A DNA stretch of 64,000 nucleotides from contig CP075497.1 in NCBI GenBank assembly GCA_021613535.1, forward strand, positions 558,001 to 622,000. The letters run 5' to 3'. The DNA is from Adineta vaga. Lineage: Eukaryota > Animalia > Rotifera. Made by a program: the position numbers and the translations under genes. How positions within the stretch are numbered: the stretch's first letter is position 1; each line of letters opens with the position of its first letter. This document shows positions 1 through 15,071 of this stretch, piece by piece. The notes beneath the pieces were generated by a model. The model saw only the letters and a program-made list of their open reading frames with translations, ran no database searches and was not told the origin of the DNA.

Positions 1-2050
1 CTATCTTTTAATATTGAAATCCATTGATCACTAACAAAATCACTTCTACACACTTGATGTAATATTGGTGATAATGAAATGAATGAACTGTAAAGTATTG
101 TCATATTTGAACAAAAACATTCAATTGTATTCGAATATAACTTTTGTAAATTATCAAAAGTAATTAATGATGGTTTGTCCACTGTTATTGTCATAATTTC
201 ACTATTCAATGAATGAAAAAGAAGAAGAATAAGAATTGAACCTATAATTATACAAATATAAATATATGTTTTCAATAAACAAAACATACTGATAAGTAAA
301 CTCAAATAGATACGAGTAATAAACTTTTGTTGTTTGATATTATTCTCTGTTCGCTTATTAATATCTTTGAATAAATTTAATTGTTTGATTATTTGAATAA
401 ATTTATCGACATATGAATTTTGATGAACTATAAATTATAGAAAAAGATAAAATAAGATTGATAAATGAACATTATGTTTAATTGAATTTATCTCATAGAT
501 AAAATTCTTCAAATTTCATTTTACTTGAATTAATATTTGTATCTGTTGATCGATGTTTAAATTTGAATATAATATTAATTAAGAATGGTGAAATTAGACG
601 AAGTAGAATAATAAGACCACTATATAAACTAATAAAAAATGTCATTGTATAAGATAAATTAATTCGATCTGTTGTTATATATGTACAAGATAAAGGAGAA
701 CATTTATGAAAATAATTTGAATAATTCATTTCAATTGACCAATTCTTAATGAAAAGTTTATTTAAATAATCATTAACAGAATTATTTTCATATGTTTTTA
801 TTAAAACAATATTTGACAAATTATAGTTCATCTAGAAGAATAAAAATAATAACAAAAATGCAGAATAATATTAAACAAACTTGATTGAGTATAGGAAAAT
901 ATTCATTTAATAATTGAAGACATTTAATATCATATAAACAATCGAGTGTACTTTGTAGAAGAGCTTCAAAAGGTGTACAAGCAGCAAAAAATCCACTAAC
1001 TAATGTCGAATTTGATGTTGATTTATACCATATTACATGAGATTCATATTCTATATCTTGTGAAAAGGAAAAAAAACCTACTGGACTAATTGGATTTGTT
1101 GTATCACATTTGAAGATAGGTGCATCTAAATCATTATCATCATAAGCTAATTTATATGAGATATGCATTGAATGAACACGAAAATTATTTTCAATATAAT
1201 CAGTAACAACTAATAAATTGGTATTCAATGCAGAAACAAGATAATTTGCTCGAGTTGTTATTCTAAGATAATTTAAAAATGAATTTATTCGAATAAATAA
1301 ACTATTTTGAAAGATTTTAATAGTAGAATCGATTTGTAATTGAATTTGTTTTTGAGAAAGAAGATAAATACTAATTAATTCATTATTATTAATACTTTGA
1401 TGATTTTGTAAAATTGTTTGTTGAGAAAATAAACAAAGATTTGATAAAAGTTCAAACTAAATTAAGATAAAATTAATCATGAGAGTTAACATATTTACAT
1501 AATAATTTCGTCCAATCTCACTGTCAAGAATTATTATTAATTTACCTGAGAATAAGCTGTGGTTCGAAAATCCGCTACTCCATATGTACTTGCATTAGGT
1601 ATGTAAAATGATTGAATCCATTGTTGACTAACAAAAGTACTTGTACAAATAGGATAATATATAATTGTATGAGAAACAAAAGTTTCATAAGGCATTGTTA
1701 CTGTTGAACATGGACATGAAAGTGTTTTAATATGATCAGAATGAAGTTGATCAAAGATTAAAGGAGTAACAGGTGAAATAGTTACTGTTCGAGATTGTGA
1801 TTTGATTAAAGTCATGTAAAATAGAATATAAAGAGATACTAAAAAGATTTTATAGGAAAAGTGTTCGATTTTAATTTGACTTACTGAAGAGAAGAAGAAT
1901 ATATAATTTTGTTGAATATTTTTGATGTTTAATAACAAGTCTCGGATCATTTTGTTCTTCATGAACATCATAATCATTTTCTCCAGGTATAAAAAGATTA
2001 TAATTATAAATTTTATCAACAAACCAATAGAGAAAATGTTTCAAATTCAT
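1..2050 (-). CDS. Multi-exon membrane protein with repeated Cys modules (CxC...HQVCxSxFVSxQWI; YFxKCxPxxCTY); 3' end beyond the window edge
   Basis: ATG at 2050 (MNLKHFLYWF...). ORF pieces 1537-2022, 821-1228 and 493-831 are linked by short GT-AG introns. The Cys/Trp module recurs at 1-240 (CFCSNMTI...HQVCRSDFVSDQWI), with hydrophobic TM segments between modules. Exon edges approximate. Confidence 0.7.
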
Positions 2051-2635
2051 TATTAAAAATGAATTTAAGATACAAAGATTTTTTTATTCATTAAATCAAA
2101 ATATCGTGAATGTTATAATTGTTAGATTAAAGTTTGTTCCTGTGATAAATAACTGTAAAAGACCATGAGATTTTCTAATACATTTGTTTAAATCAGTTCT
2201 GAACAAATTTCTAAAATAAAAAACATCTGTTAAAAGATTTTTTTATAAAAGAAACATTTACCAATAAGAAAAAAGTGCTGATTTTCTATAGTTTTATATA
2301 AAAAAAAGTAGGATATTCAGATATCATTGTGACATACATTTGATTTATTTTGTCCTCAAAAAAATAATGTGTTTTAGAATAATATAATAAAAATATTGTC
2401 AATAGAAATTATTGTGAGAGAATCGTGAAAAACATCTTTTATAAACGATTTCTCATTGTTCTTCATTTTTTTTATTGATTTTTCCATGAAGTCAACCTTG
2501 TCTGTCCTAAGATTATAATTATGTAACGGATGATTATTTTTGATATTAACTATCTCACTTAAAACATACTCAAAAGTATAATCAAGACAAAAATAGCCGA
2601 TGTGACTATAGTACCAAAGTAGCTCTAAAAAGGAA

Positions 2636-2681
2636 AGGGCGTGGGTGGGTGTGGTTATATCTTCTTAACCCACACCCAAGA
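2636..2681. repeat. Telomeric-repeat inverted module (G arm / spacer / C arm)
   Basis: gggcgtgggtgggtgtgg-ttatatcttcttaa-cccacacccaag. Confidence 0.7.
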
Positions 2682-3738
2682 AATTCTCCTTTTTACTTTC
2701 CTATGTACGCTCAATATTATTCGTAGCACTGATATTGTTATAAGAAGTTTGTTCTTTAATTAATATTTTGCTATAGTATTCAGTAAACTGATGGGATGAG
2801 ACAGAAATCGTTTTTGATCCCGTTCCATCTCATCCCACTCAGAGTTACGTAAGACACATAGATATATAAATAAGTGATATGTATTTTTACTGTTTTCATC
2901 CAATACATTTATATTTATTATTATTCAACAAACTATCACATTTCGATGCTGCTCAAGTGATTTACATCATTTCTCCTCATATAACTCCTATTTATCGATT
3001 AGAAATATTTTCCATTACAAACAATGATATAGCATTCCAGCTATTGTTGTTCTTTATTTTCTTTTAAAAGATTTGTTATAGTTATTATTGAATAAGATGG
3101 ACAAAATAATTCTTTTTTTATTAATCTTTTGATTCGGGAAGATTATTCACATCTTTTTCAACGCCAATAGTAAGTCCTATTGATTAAGTTGTTGATATAG
3201 TTGAAATTGAGGATATCGGTATCGATGTAGAACACGCACCACATCATGCATCAAGATCTGTGTTGTAATTTTCTATCATGTTGTCGGAATAATACTTTTC
3301 ATTTACAAGCTTCAACAATCATTACTCTGTCACAACAACACAACCTACACAATTCTCTCTCTTACTCTTATTTGAAGAACATCAGAAATACATGTTTGTT
3401 TACATTCTTCTATCGTTTGAAAGACTTCAATTATAATTGAAGTGAAATAACAGCAGAGAAAAAATTTCTTTTTAAGAACGAACGATCATTTATAAAAAAA
3501 AAATTTTCTCGATACACAAATCAGCATAGGTAGGATAGTTTGAGAAAGAAAAACTTTCTATTATATCAGCTTGCCATTTCGATATCCTATTTAACAAGAC
3601 ATAACATGGACTAAGTTCCATGATATTTACTATAACTATAAATTCTTTCATATTATAGTATTAGTAACAAATTTAATCAATTGTCAAATAAAAACAAGGT
3701 AACCTGTATTTATTGATCTAATTAGATTTTGATTCACA

Positions 3739-4212
3739 ATGACCGATAAACATGAAATTCGTGTTCACGAACATTTTCATCGAAAAGGTGATCAAATTAC
3801 TGAAGCTGAATATGTGTACGATGAAATTCTTGGTGAAGGGAAAATAAATCAACAACGTGTCCATGTTAGACGAGAAGTTTTTGAACAAATAGCAGCTACG
3901 ATTAAAAAAGAAACATTATCATTTGATGATTTTATCAAAGTCGTTCGACCGTTTCTAATGGTAGAAAATGCACTCGAAGACATACCTGAAGCATTTAGTC
4001 TACTTGATACTGATAAATCAGATTCAATTAATATTAATGAATTGGCTATTTTTATGCCTGTTATTGTACCCAATTCTAATCAATATTTACTTCTTCGTTA
4101 TTTTCAACCAGCTGATACAAATAAGGATTATAAACTCAGTTTAGAAGAATTCACAGAATTTATCAAGAAAGGTGTTGTACGAGATCTTGCACTTGGACGA
4201 ATTAAAAATTAA
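3739..4212 (+). CDS. EF-hand calcium-binding protein (calmodulin-like C-lobe)
   Basis: 157-aa ATG ORF with two EF-hand loops, EAFSLLDTDKSDSININEL and ADTNKDYKLSLEEF. Confidence 0.85.
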   Translation: MTDKHEIRVHEHFHRKGDQITEAEYVYDEILGEGKINQQRVHVRREVFEQIAATIKKETLSFDDFIKVVRPFLMVENALEDIPEAFSLLDTDKSDSININELAIFMPVIVPNSNQYLLLRYFQPADTNKDYKLSLEEFTEFIKKGVVRDLALGRIKN

Positions 4213-5155
4213 ATTCTTTCGACTAAGATGTTTCTTTTTCGAAAAATGTATTGTCTATGATTCGTAAATAAATGTTCGATGTACTTTTTTACACGGAGTA
4301 TTGACTTTAAAGTATAAAATAAATTGTTTTGAGAGCCATATATATTCTGTGTTTTTTATTGATGTATTTTTCTCTTTTTTTTATGTTCTTCTAATAGTAA
4401 GTAAATGAATGATTTAGTTTGTAAAGATACAATTTGTTTTTATAGTTTGAATCATCAAATTGTTTATGTGATAAAACAAAATCGTCTGGTATATGATTCA
4501 GAACGACACTTAAAAATTTAAAACTAGTCCCTAGAGTTATAGAGGAGTCAATCGAATGATCTTTTTTGCGAATTTCTACTTCACCCCCAAGAAATTCAAC
4601 TATTTGTTTTTGGTCATCGTTTATGAATATAACAACTCTCCTTTGTACCAAGGTTAAGCGTAAACTTGCTACAGTATTTATTAATGTTTTCTTCGTGTTA
4701 ACAAATAGTCTATCAGCTTTTGTGGAATTTCATAGAACATGTTGTTTGAAATGAATGTTTAAATATGTACGTCATTTACCTTTCTCGTTATATTATACCA
4801 ATGGTATTTCGATCATTAGCATAATTTTGTGCTTTCCAATCGTATAACATCGAAAGAATAAGAGAGGAAATTATAGATTTGATACGTATAAGCACTGGAC
4901 CATAGCAAATAAAATAATACCTTTAAATTCAAGTCTGGATACGTTTGATGAAGGTGATTACTTTAAACATTTAATCAAATAGAAACGTATTCAAATTATT
5001 TATTTATTTTCGGGCATGCCAATATGAATAAACGATAGAATCTGAGAAGAGACGAGAGAAAAGAATAAAGCAATGCATATCGGAGATAATATAGCTCTCT
5101 GCAACTGTGATACATGTCAAGGGAATTAGTTTTGTGAGCATTTTATCATTAAGAA

Positions 5156-5214
5156 TGGGTGTGAGTAAAACTATATTTTCTTGTCTCTCATCCACACCGC
5201 ACCCACACCCTCAA
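5156..5214. repeat. Telomeric-repeat inverted module
   Basis: tgggtgtgagt...ctcatccacaccgcacccacaccctcaa; abuts the truncated Helitron fragment. Confidence 0.7.
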
Positions 5215-5497
5215 ACATTTCATCCAGGCACCCTCTCTCAATCCCAAATAGTGCTCCCAATCTCCTCTCCACCCTCAATTGGACCTCAGAAAGCATTGTG
5301 AAAAGTTTCGTGACATTAGCTATCACAGAACCACCTGGGTGAAATTTCACCCACGTCCACCTCCAATCCCATGTCAACCTTCCTCTGAGTCTAAGCAACC
5401 ACTGTAGAAAGTTTGGCGACGCTAGCTATTGTAGGGACTGCGAATGTATAGCGAACAGATAGACAAACAAACAAACTTTCTTCTTTATATATATAGA
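5215..5497 (-). mobile_element. Non-autonomous Helitron, 5' fragment
   Basis: Minus strand starts A|TCTATATATATAAAGAAGAAAGTTTG(TTTG)n...CTGTTCGCTAT...GTGGGTGAAATTTCACCCAGGTG, homologous to the 5' part of the element at 53449. Confidence 0.75.
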
Positions 5498-5712
5498 TAA
5501 GGAAAATCTGAATTAATAATCGTACTATTAATATTAGTCAACTTCATTAACGTTACTGTTTGCTAATGAATCGCTCAAGTTGACATCAATAAAATTGGTT
5601 AGCAAACTGAATCGAACAATAAGATCAGATAATTCATTATAATTTTGTTCTTTCAATGCATTCAATATTTGTGCTGCATCATCAAATCGATCTTGCTCAT
5701 TCAATAATGAAA

Positions 5713-7277
5713 CTAATTTTTCCCTGCTGTCTTAATAGCGTCCGTTTGATTTTGTTTTATTTCTTCTTTTGTTTCTTTATTTTTCTGAATAATACTATCG
5801 AGACGTTCATTTAGGGTTTGTTCTTGTTGATAAGTTGCAACCAATTCTCGTGATACATCTTCTTTTGCAAATTGCATATCTTGTGCTGCATGCAGCAGTC
5901 GATCGGAATCACTATCAAGGTTAAACGGCTCATATTGAATATTACTATTAGAAGTATCGGTATTAACAAGTTCATACGATGTTCCTCTTGTTTCTATTTC
6001 GTTTTCTTGTCGTTGTTTTCTCATTGCTTCTCGAGCTTGTTTACGATATTGTTCTTCTTCGCGATTCAACTTATTCAATGAAAGTTGTCGTAGCATTATC
6101 TCGGCATCAACTGCGTTCGAGGCTGTTAGAGTACTTTCTCGAGCCGCTTTACCTCCAATAGCGGTTAACGTTGTAGTTGTCAAGGCTAAGCTACTGACAG
6201 CACCGCCAACAATAAAGTCTGCCGCTGTGACACTAAATATTGATGTACCCGTGCATAAGGCTGTACCAACGACACCAACAACAGCTCCGATTGCAAGTGA
6301 GATACCCAATGTACCAACAACAAGTACTGCAGTTTTACCTGGATTTTCTCTGACCCATTCCCATGCAACTTTTGCGATCTGTGATGGATGACAAATAACA
6401 TGAATAATATTTTTGACGCTGTCGATAGGCGACAATACTGGGTTTAAAAAAGCTTGTTTAATGTAAATGCGTTATCCCGAATATGTCGCAATTGATCACG
6501 TATGCTTTCATATATTTCACCAATTTTTTTAGCCATTTATTGCATAAATGCACGTTTGACATCTAACGTACATAATTCAAGAGCAGTATTGATTTCCTCT
6601 CTTTGTAAGATTTCTGCTGTATTAACGACTTGAATATTTTCTTCGAAGATTTTCCAATTAGATTCCACACTAATTGCTAATTGTGAAAACCCTAATTCCC
6701 GAATACGTTGGGCAATATAGATGAGTTCTTCTCCCAATTGATCCTTGTACATTGAATACATATAAATCGTGTCAAATACAATTATGTTTCGAAGAATTGA
6801 ACTAAAGTAGTTTATAACATATTGTGCATGGTTGGATCTAACTATTCGTCTTGCAAGAGTTTCTTTGACATGATTATATTCGATTAATGCATTAATAAAC
6901 TTTTTCTTATTGGTTTCTTTTTTATCTCGTATTTCACTCATCAATTTGAACACACATTCCGCGCCGAAACCTAATTCTTGATCTATCAGTACACTACTAT
7001 GTTCTTGGTTGAGATCATAGTTCCATAACAACCAACATTGAAAATCATGCCGTAAATTACCATTTCCACTTGCTTCTTGATTAGCTATTTCGATCATTTT
7101 TTTGAAACTAGCAATAGCATCGCATTTTGCTTGTGGGTAATTTTTTGAATCATGATGATCTTTCACACGTTGCAAGTTAACTCGAAAGCCATAAGAGTAT
7201 TGAATGAATTCTTTGTGCTGAGTGATCGATAAATTAGATGATACTTTTTGTTGCTTGTCTTGTGCAGAAGAACTCTC
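5713..7277 (-). pseudogene. Probable single disrupted gene: helical protein with Gly/Ala-rich hydrophobic hairpin and C-terminal coiled coil
   Basis: ORF 6537-7175 extends upstream to a splice acceptor near 7278. After its TAA the same frame continues (MAKKIGEIYESIRDQLRHIRDNAF) and then needs a frameshift to enter ORF 5713-6435. Confidence 0.5.
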
Positions 7278-8756
7278 TAGGTGATTATGATTAAATCAAT
7301 ATTTGTATATAATCTATCTATATTTGGTGAAGAAGGTAAGTCCTACTTATCGCTACAGCATATTACATATCTTCCAAAACTGGACCGGAGTTCGACTATG
7401 ATATTTTCAGTTCTAAAGAACCTGTATACTAGTTCACGAAGACTAAACTAAAATAGAACTGCCACGATTCTACGTTGGAGGGAAAAGTTTATGAAAATGT
7501 GCTTCTCCTTTGTAAAGATGATCTTTCGCCTTCATAAATTGTCAGGAGTGATGACGGCGACAGAAAAAAACCATAGTCGAAGTTCTCAATGGAGTATTAC
7601 TCGGTTTAAATACAGATAATCTACTTGTATTTCGAAGCCGTGGGATTTAAGATTTTGTAAAACCGATTGTCTAAAACTTTTTGGACTAAACGTGATTGAA
7701 TAAACTGCTTCGAATTTGAACTTGAATCCAAACTGTACTCCTAGTAACTTTACAGATTTTCTAATCCAAAGCTGTAGATCACTCCGGAGGGGCTAGATGT
7801 TTTTCTTGATTATTTCTGTGTGGCTTATAGCACAACTTCGACATTTTTCAAAGAAAAAGCTTATAACTTGTAAATTTTTTGAATTTGGATCATCGAAACA
7901 AAACTTTCATCTTTAAACTCGGATTCAATTAGGTCTGAAAGAAGTTTAAATCTAGGAGCTGTCTCTCTGATTCTGCCTAAATCTTATTTGAACTCAAATC
8001 TTCAGTATTGACATATGACTCTGCTCATATCATTCGAATTCACATCTAATCGTAACTCCAAATATTCATAGCTGTTTTCAATTTGTTCGCATAATTTTCA
8101 CTCAAAATGCATGATTTCCGTTATCTTGATTTCAAAAACGGTAATAATAACAATGAAACAACAACAACAACTTATAAATATAACGATTTGATGCGTTATA
8201 GCGATTTCCGTGAGATTCGTTTTTAGCACATTTTGTAGATGATGATCTTACAGCGGACATAATGGGTATAATCGAGAGTTTTCTAATTTTCCGATTTCCC
8301 AGTTTTATAATATTCTCATTGTGACATATTGACCATAATCCCTCGTGTCTGTTTCGTTCACTCTGAGTTGAGGATTGACAGTGTGAACTTACCTTTACTT
8401 TTTTTATGAGTACTCGACATTGCGCGTATTTGATTCTATGCAGTTGAGAGTTAGTTTAAATGACCGCTTTTTTGTGCGATAGTAAGAGAAATGTATGTAT
8501 ATATTTAAACTAATTATTATAAACGTATGTTGGGAAATTTCACAGGTATCTTTTACAAATTCTGCTCATATTCTCTTTCTGTCACAGGTAGGCAGCGAAG
8601 TATTTGCCAAGAAAAAAAAAGAAAAATCCAGCATGCTTACAATCTTGACTTTTTATGACTGTTGTAAAGAACGTTGCATACTACTTAGAAAAGATAAAAC
8701 AACTCAGACAGACGACGTGTGTACCGTTTGTCAGAATAAATAAATGTTAGGTATAG

Positions 8757-8912
8757 TAGAGTTCGGCGGAACTTTCTCGATGCCGAGACGATATTCTATC
8801 ATGATCAAGATCTGGATGTATGTTATTGATAAAAAAGCGATATCGCTACCAAGATCCCGAAAAAATACTTAAACCGGATCAGGACAAAGAACCCTGGTCC
8901 CGCCAGACCCTA
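8757..8912. mobile_element. Degenerate MITE candidate with TAGGG-type termini
   Basis: Left tagagttcggcggaact vs reverse complement of right end tagggtctggcgggacc; no clean TSD. Confidence 0.35.
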
Positions 8913-9463
8913 ATGGGTAGCAAGATGTTCTCTTCTCTCTCTTACACCATCCTTCTCTTAGCAGGCTTTCCACCCCTCTTCGTTCTATATATATATATAT
9001 ATATGATTAAAAAATTATGGGTGTGGGTGAGGGCATAAACGACGGAGCCATTAGGCTTGTGGAGGTTGAACACGGCCCACGTTTTCGAGAGAGCTTTAAC
9101 AACATCGTGAGAAACCGAATAAATAGTCTCTTTCTCAAGAAAAAATTCAAAAGTGAATCACGTTTGGTGGCTATCGCTATCAGAAGTCATAAATCACGCT
9201 ACAGTTAATTTGGACAACACCACAAAGAATGTGGGGACGAATAAAATTCAGCGATATCTTTTACTTCTGGCCTATACACACAGAGAAGAAACAAAAAATC
9301 AAACACTATAAGGCGTAAAAGCACACATTTTATCATCGCATAAAAAATTTCTTTCAAGATAAACAAGTTTTGAATAGAGGTGTAAGCCGACGTCTCGATC
9401 GGTGGCAGCGACTCGAAATCTTTAATTGTTTTTGATCGTTTTACGGTGGGAGCTCGAAAACCA

Positions 9464-9529
9464 TCTTGAGGGTGTGGATGATAGTATATTATATTGACTC
9501 TCATCCACCCACATCCACACCCATGCCCT
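9464..9529. repeat. Telomeric-repeat inverted module
   Basis: tcttgagggtgtggatg-atagtatattatattgactct-catccacccacatccacacccatgccct; a lone G arm also lies at 9018-9033. Confidence 0.75.
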
Positions 9530-10540
9530 AATACCATAAATATAATCTTTTCTCGACATTGTTTCTATAAATAAGAACAGATAAAAGTCAAATAAAATAT
9601 TCAAGAACGATGAATATTATCTCGCTAAAAGCAAGTCACTTTTCTTCCATTCTAAGTATACACATATGATTCTCATCCTGATTATCTATAATATATACAT
9701 AACGAAGGGACTCAAATTATGTGTGATCTAAATACGAAGAATTATCATAATTAGTAACGTTGTCTGTCTCTTATCAATACTAGCATGAATCCAAAGCTAT
9801 AGATTTGCCATCTGTTTTGAGCTAATCCGTCACCACACAGATTTACATGGGGAAAAAAGTCAGACATCTTAGCTTCAGAAGATGTTTGAAGTGCGATTTA
9901 AGTACAGAGAAGTATTATATAATTGAAGTTTTCTCCCTTTCAGATAGCTCGATTCTTAGGATCATATCATTTCTTTGCTACGTACATTCGTCGGCTCAAA
10001 CGTAGATTCAAATGATTTTTAACTATGAACACTTAATTGGTCAATGTGCCGATTTGATAAAAATTTTACCTTTGACTCTGTCACAAACAAACATAGAAAC
10101 TACTTTTTCATATGAATCTCCTTTCAGTCGAGGGAACAAGATTTTTTTCACCACATTTTATTTCTTCGATCAATCGACTGTATCATAGGTTTCAAAATAT
10201 GAATGAAATACATGAAAAATACTGAGAGGCTCATTCATTTTGACTCATTCAGTAGTCTCTGCATCTGCACATAGCAGATACATAGATCGGCATCGACACC
10301 TGATATCCACGCTTTACACCCTCATACTTATAGTCTTTTAATCGCCTCCTCCTTCATCACAGAATTTATTTGTCTTTAAGCATTCTATTAAAATACATAT
10401 TTTTTTCTCACTAAGCCTATATAAAATAACTTCCACGAATCATCCAAGATAATAACCAAAAATGAATTAAATATCGAATGAAACTATAAATGGCATCGCA
10501 TTTTCTTTTTATTTTGCAGTTGATGTTTAATACAAGTTTG

Positions 10541-10933
10541 ATGAAAATGAAAGGTAGATGCATGCACTCAAGAGCGTATTTCGCTTTGATCATCGAATAA
10601 ATTGTGTTTTTTTCTCTATTAGATCTTAGTGTTTTTCTTGTCTGTGCACTGTTATTGTTTTCTAATGTTCATGGATCGGCATTGCAAGAAACAACGGATG
10701 ATGAAGTTCAAGAACGAATTCTTCCAGTGATTGCAGCGGTCGTTGCTCGAGTCGTCGCTATTCTTGGACCGCGTGTCACACTTTTTGTGACATGTATGGG
10801 TGGTGCTTTTACATTGGAATGTGGTCAGAAGATGTTGGATTGTGCAATGCGTGGAAAAGCTCCTTGGGAATGTATTGGTGGACTTTGGTGTAGTGGTAAA
10901 TCGGCTGCTAATTGCGTCAAGTTTTCTGGTTGA
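10541..10933 (+). CDS. Small secreted Cys-rich peptide precursor (signal peptide, acidic pro-region, amphipathic helix, 6-Cys domain)
   Basis: Exon 10541-10553 (ATGAAAATGAAAG), intron gtagat...tattag 10554-10622, exon 10623-10933. Translation: MKMKDLSVFLVCALLLFSNVHGS-ALQETTDDEVQER-ILPVIAAVVARVVAILGPRV...6 Cys. Confidence 0.75.
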
Positions 10934-11335
10934 ATATTTAGTGTGAAATTTTGATTATCTACATGCTATATCTTTAATAAAAAATTTGATTACCTTAAGA
11001 AATATCAAGGATCTGAGTTTATGTGTGGATGAGGATGAATGTGTAGATTTAGTCGATGATAGCCATACCCTCACTCGCATTACGAAGTTCAATAAAAGTT
11101 ATATTAGAAAAATGTCTGTAAAAACACATAGGATATATTTGACATATGCTCTTACGTCTAGAATGAGTTAATTCGACGATTTACTTCAACTCAACCCAGC
11201 AAAAAATCATTCAGTAGTCAAAGAGTCAATGTCGCTTCTCAGTTTTCTACACAGTGAATGCTTTACTGTTACTGCTTGATTCACATGTGTAAACATTTTT
11301 TTCTAGATATTATTTTCATTCTGTATGAAAGTAGA

Positions 11336-12295
11336 ATGTCATTCGAAATATTACCAGATGAAATATTATTAATGATCTATTCGTATTTGAATGATATCGA
11401 AATTCTTCACGCCTTTAATGATTTGAATACTCGTTTAAACTCAACAATAATTAACTATCGAAAACATATTCATCTTATACATACAAGATATGGACAATTT
11501 AATCAATATTGTTGTATACTCACTCATACAAATCTAAGCTTACAAGTTCAATCAACCATTTTGGAATCAACTAAAACTCTTTAGAGAACAAATTTGGCCA
11601 TTCGATGAAAAATTTCCAAATTTAGAATGTCTTACATTATGTAATGTATAATGATATGATCACACATTTTGATGTTTATATTAAAACAACAAATGATTTA
11701 ATGATACTTTTACATTACTTTCGTAATCTTTATTTTCTCAGTATTTCAATTCAAAACTTCCAAGCTTCTCCTGAACAACAGTAAGTCTTTTCTTACGTTT
11801 TTGCGATTGTATTTTGTTCTTTTATTCAAAGATCTTTCGATCACATATTCCCAACAACACTCAATACATTTCATCTAGAAGATTTACACGGAACTGATCG
11901 ATCGATATTGAACAAAGTCATACTTATCTTAGTGAATATCTCCAGTCTTCACCATGTTAAATTTCAGATATGTCTAGATCCTGTTATAGGCAACAATGAG
12001 GATGGCATTGATTATTTAAATGGTCAAGAATGGAACCGTATTCGTATGCAATTTCATCATCTTCTCGATTTCGATTGTACTCTATGGACTGTAGTAAGAT
12101 CATACGACGTCAATGACTTATCTGAATATATCATCGACTCGTTTGCACAATTTTAAGCTTGGTTTGTTGATTTGTTTGAAACAATGTCAGACCATTCGTA
12201 CGTATGTGTGTTCACGAAAACACGAAGATTATGCGATGCAAATATAAATCATTCTTTCCTAAACAAACGAAATGGAAAAGAAATAGCAACACTAA
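11336..12295 (+). pseudogene. F-box protein pseudogene, cut off at an inverted module
   Basis: MSFEILPDEILLMIYSYLNDIEILHAFNDLNTRLN F-box motif; downstream frameshifts and stops (11584, 12156); coding-like sequence ends at 12296. Confidence 0.65.
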
Positions 12296-12380
12296 TTGAG
12301 AGTGTGTGGGTGCAGGTGTGGGTGGGTGAAGAGAAGAGTATTGCCCACACCCACACCCACACCCACACCCACACCCTCAA
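12296..12380. repeat. Telomeric-repeat inverted module
   Basis: ttgagagtgtgtgggtgcaggtgtgggtgggt-gaagagaagagtattg-(cccaca)5ccctcaa. Confidence 0.85.
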
Positions 12381-12757
12381 ATCGGCGAATCAACGAGTTG
12401 GAAACTTCAATCTTATGTATAAAATGCTCTCAAAGTAAACGATCTAATACTTGAATAAAGTTTTTCCTGTTATTCTCTCGACATGGCGTATGTATACCAA
12501 CAAAACACAGATGGCGCTTCAAACACTATCAAGAAAAGTTGCTTATTACAATTTATCAAAAGGTAAATGATTCTCTCCAATCAAATACATGTTGCGATGA
12601 TGATTGTGCTAATGCACCACCTTTTTTCGTTGAAAAGAAAAAGAATTAAAAAAAATACTGCATTATGACGCAACATCTTACATTATTCTTACGCAACAGT
12701 CTCGTAAATTTCAACAAAATAATTGGTTTTTTCCCTTTATGAAAGTGACATGTGTGA

Positions 12758-14302
<1,545 letters not shown>

Positions 14303-14509
14303 AATGATAGACCAGGCGGACTTTGATAAATGATTTGAACTTCAGCATAAGAACAACTATTTTAAAACGATTTTATCCCTTTGAGAACCGCTGGCGCATA
14401 TGTGCGTCCTAACATTTTTTTATCAAAATAAGCTATCTTTACGTTTTATTTTGGTTTTGTATACTTTAATTTCAGTGCAAAAAGGCAGTCATAAATTACA
14501 GCATTAGTT

Positions 14510-14543
14510 TTGAGGGTGGGTGTGTGGGTGTGGGTGTGGGTGT
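14510..14543 (+). repeat. Telomeric-repeat G arm fused to a Helitron 3' fragment
   Basis: ttgagggtgggtgtgtgggtgtgggtgtgggtgt runs directly into Helitron-internal ctgcatcc. Confidence 0.75.
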
Positions 14544-15071
14544 CTGCATCCAGGATGGACAACTACAAAGCGTGGGTTGGGTTCTCAAAAAAACTGAATC
14601 TGGAGTGAAATGACTACTCTATCTGTATAGAGTAGAAGTGAAGTTTATAAAGTAGAGAATGACTTGCAGCGAGACAGAGGGTGTAGAATGGAACTAGAGT
14701 TGCAGCGGGACAGTAGGAGTGGATTTAAAAGGAACAGAGCTGTATATCGTATGCAAAGCGAGAGAAAATCTGTAGGAAAGAACTAATGAAGAGATGCGAA
14801 GTTCTGAAAAAAGACCTGGTGCATGACGCGAAAAGGGATATAGGAAGGATCTCAGTACGGAGGAGAAAGACGTGTGAAAGACAGGTAACGTACTCTGAGT
14901 GACGACCTGAAAGATTACACTAACTAAGTCAGGGCGGAAAAGGAGGGTGTGAGGATTTTTTGATGCACGACGGATAAATACGAACGAGGAGGTCCTGTGG
15001 GTGATAAGAAAAGCACTGCTGTAGATAAAAAACGTAAATTGTGTCGTTTTTGCAGCGGTTATCTCCGCTAG
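14541..15071 (+). mobile_element. Non-autonomous Helitron, 3' fragment
   Basis: Homologous to 53745-54022 with extra internal segments; ends GCAGCGGTTATCTCCG-CTAG|T. Confidence 0.75.

Noticed and set aside
2792-2837. 10-bp inverted repeat TGGGATGAGA...TCTCATCCCA
   Set aside because: Single short occurrence with no TSD; cannot be classified.
2900-3420. Coding-like minus-strand sequence with Cys and Ser/Thr-rich parts
   Set aside because: Multiple stops and no recognisable family.
7500-8300. Possible decayed coding or TE remnant
   Set aside because: Stops in the frames examined and no identifiable motif.
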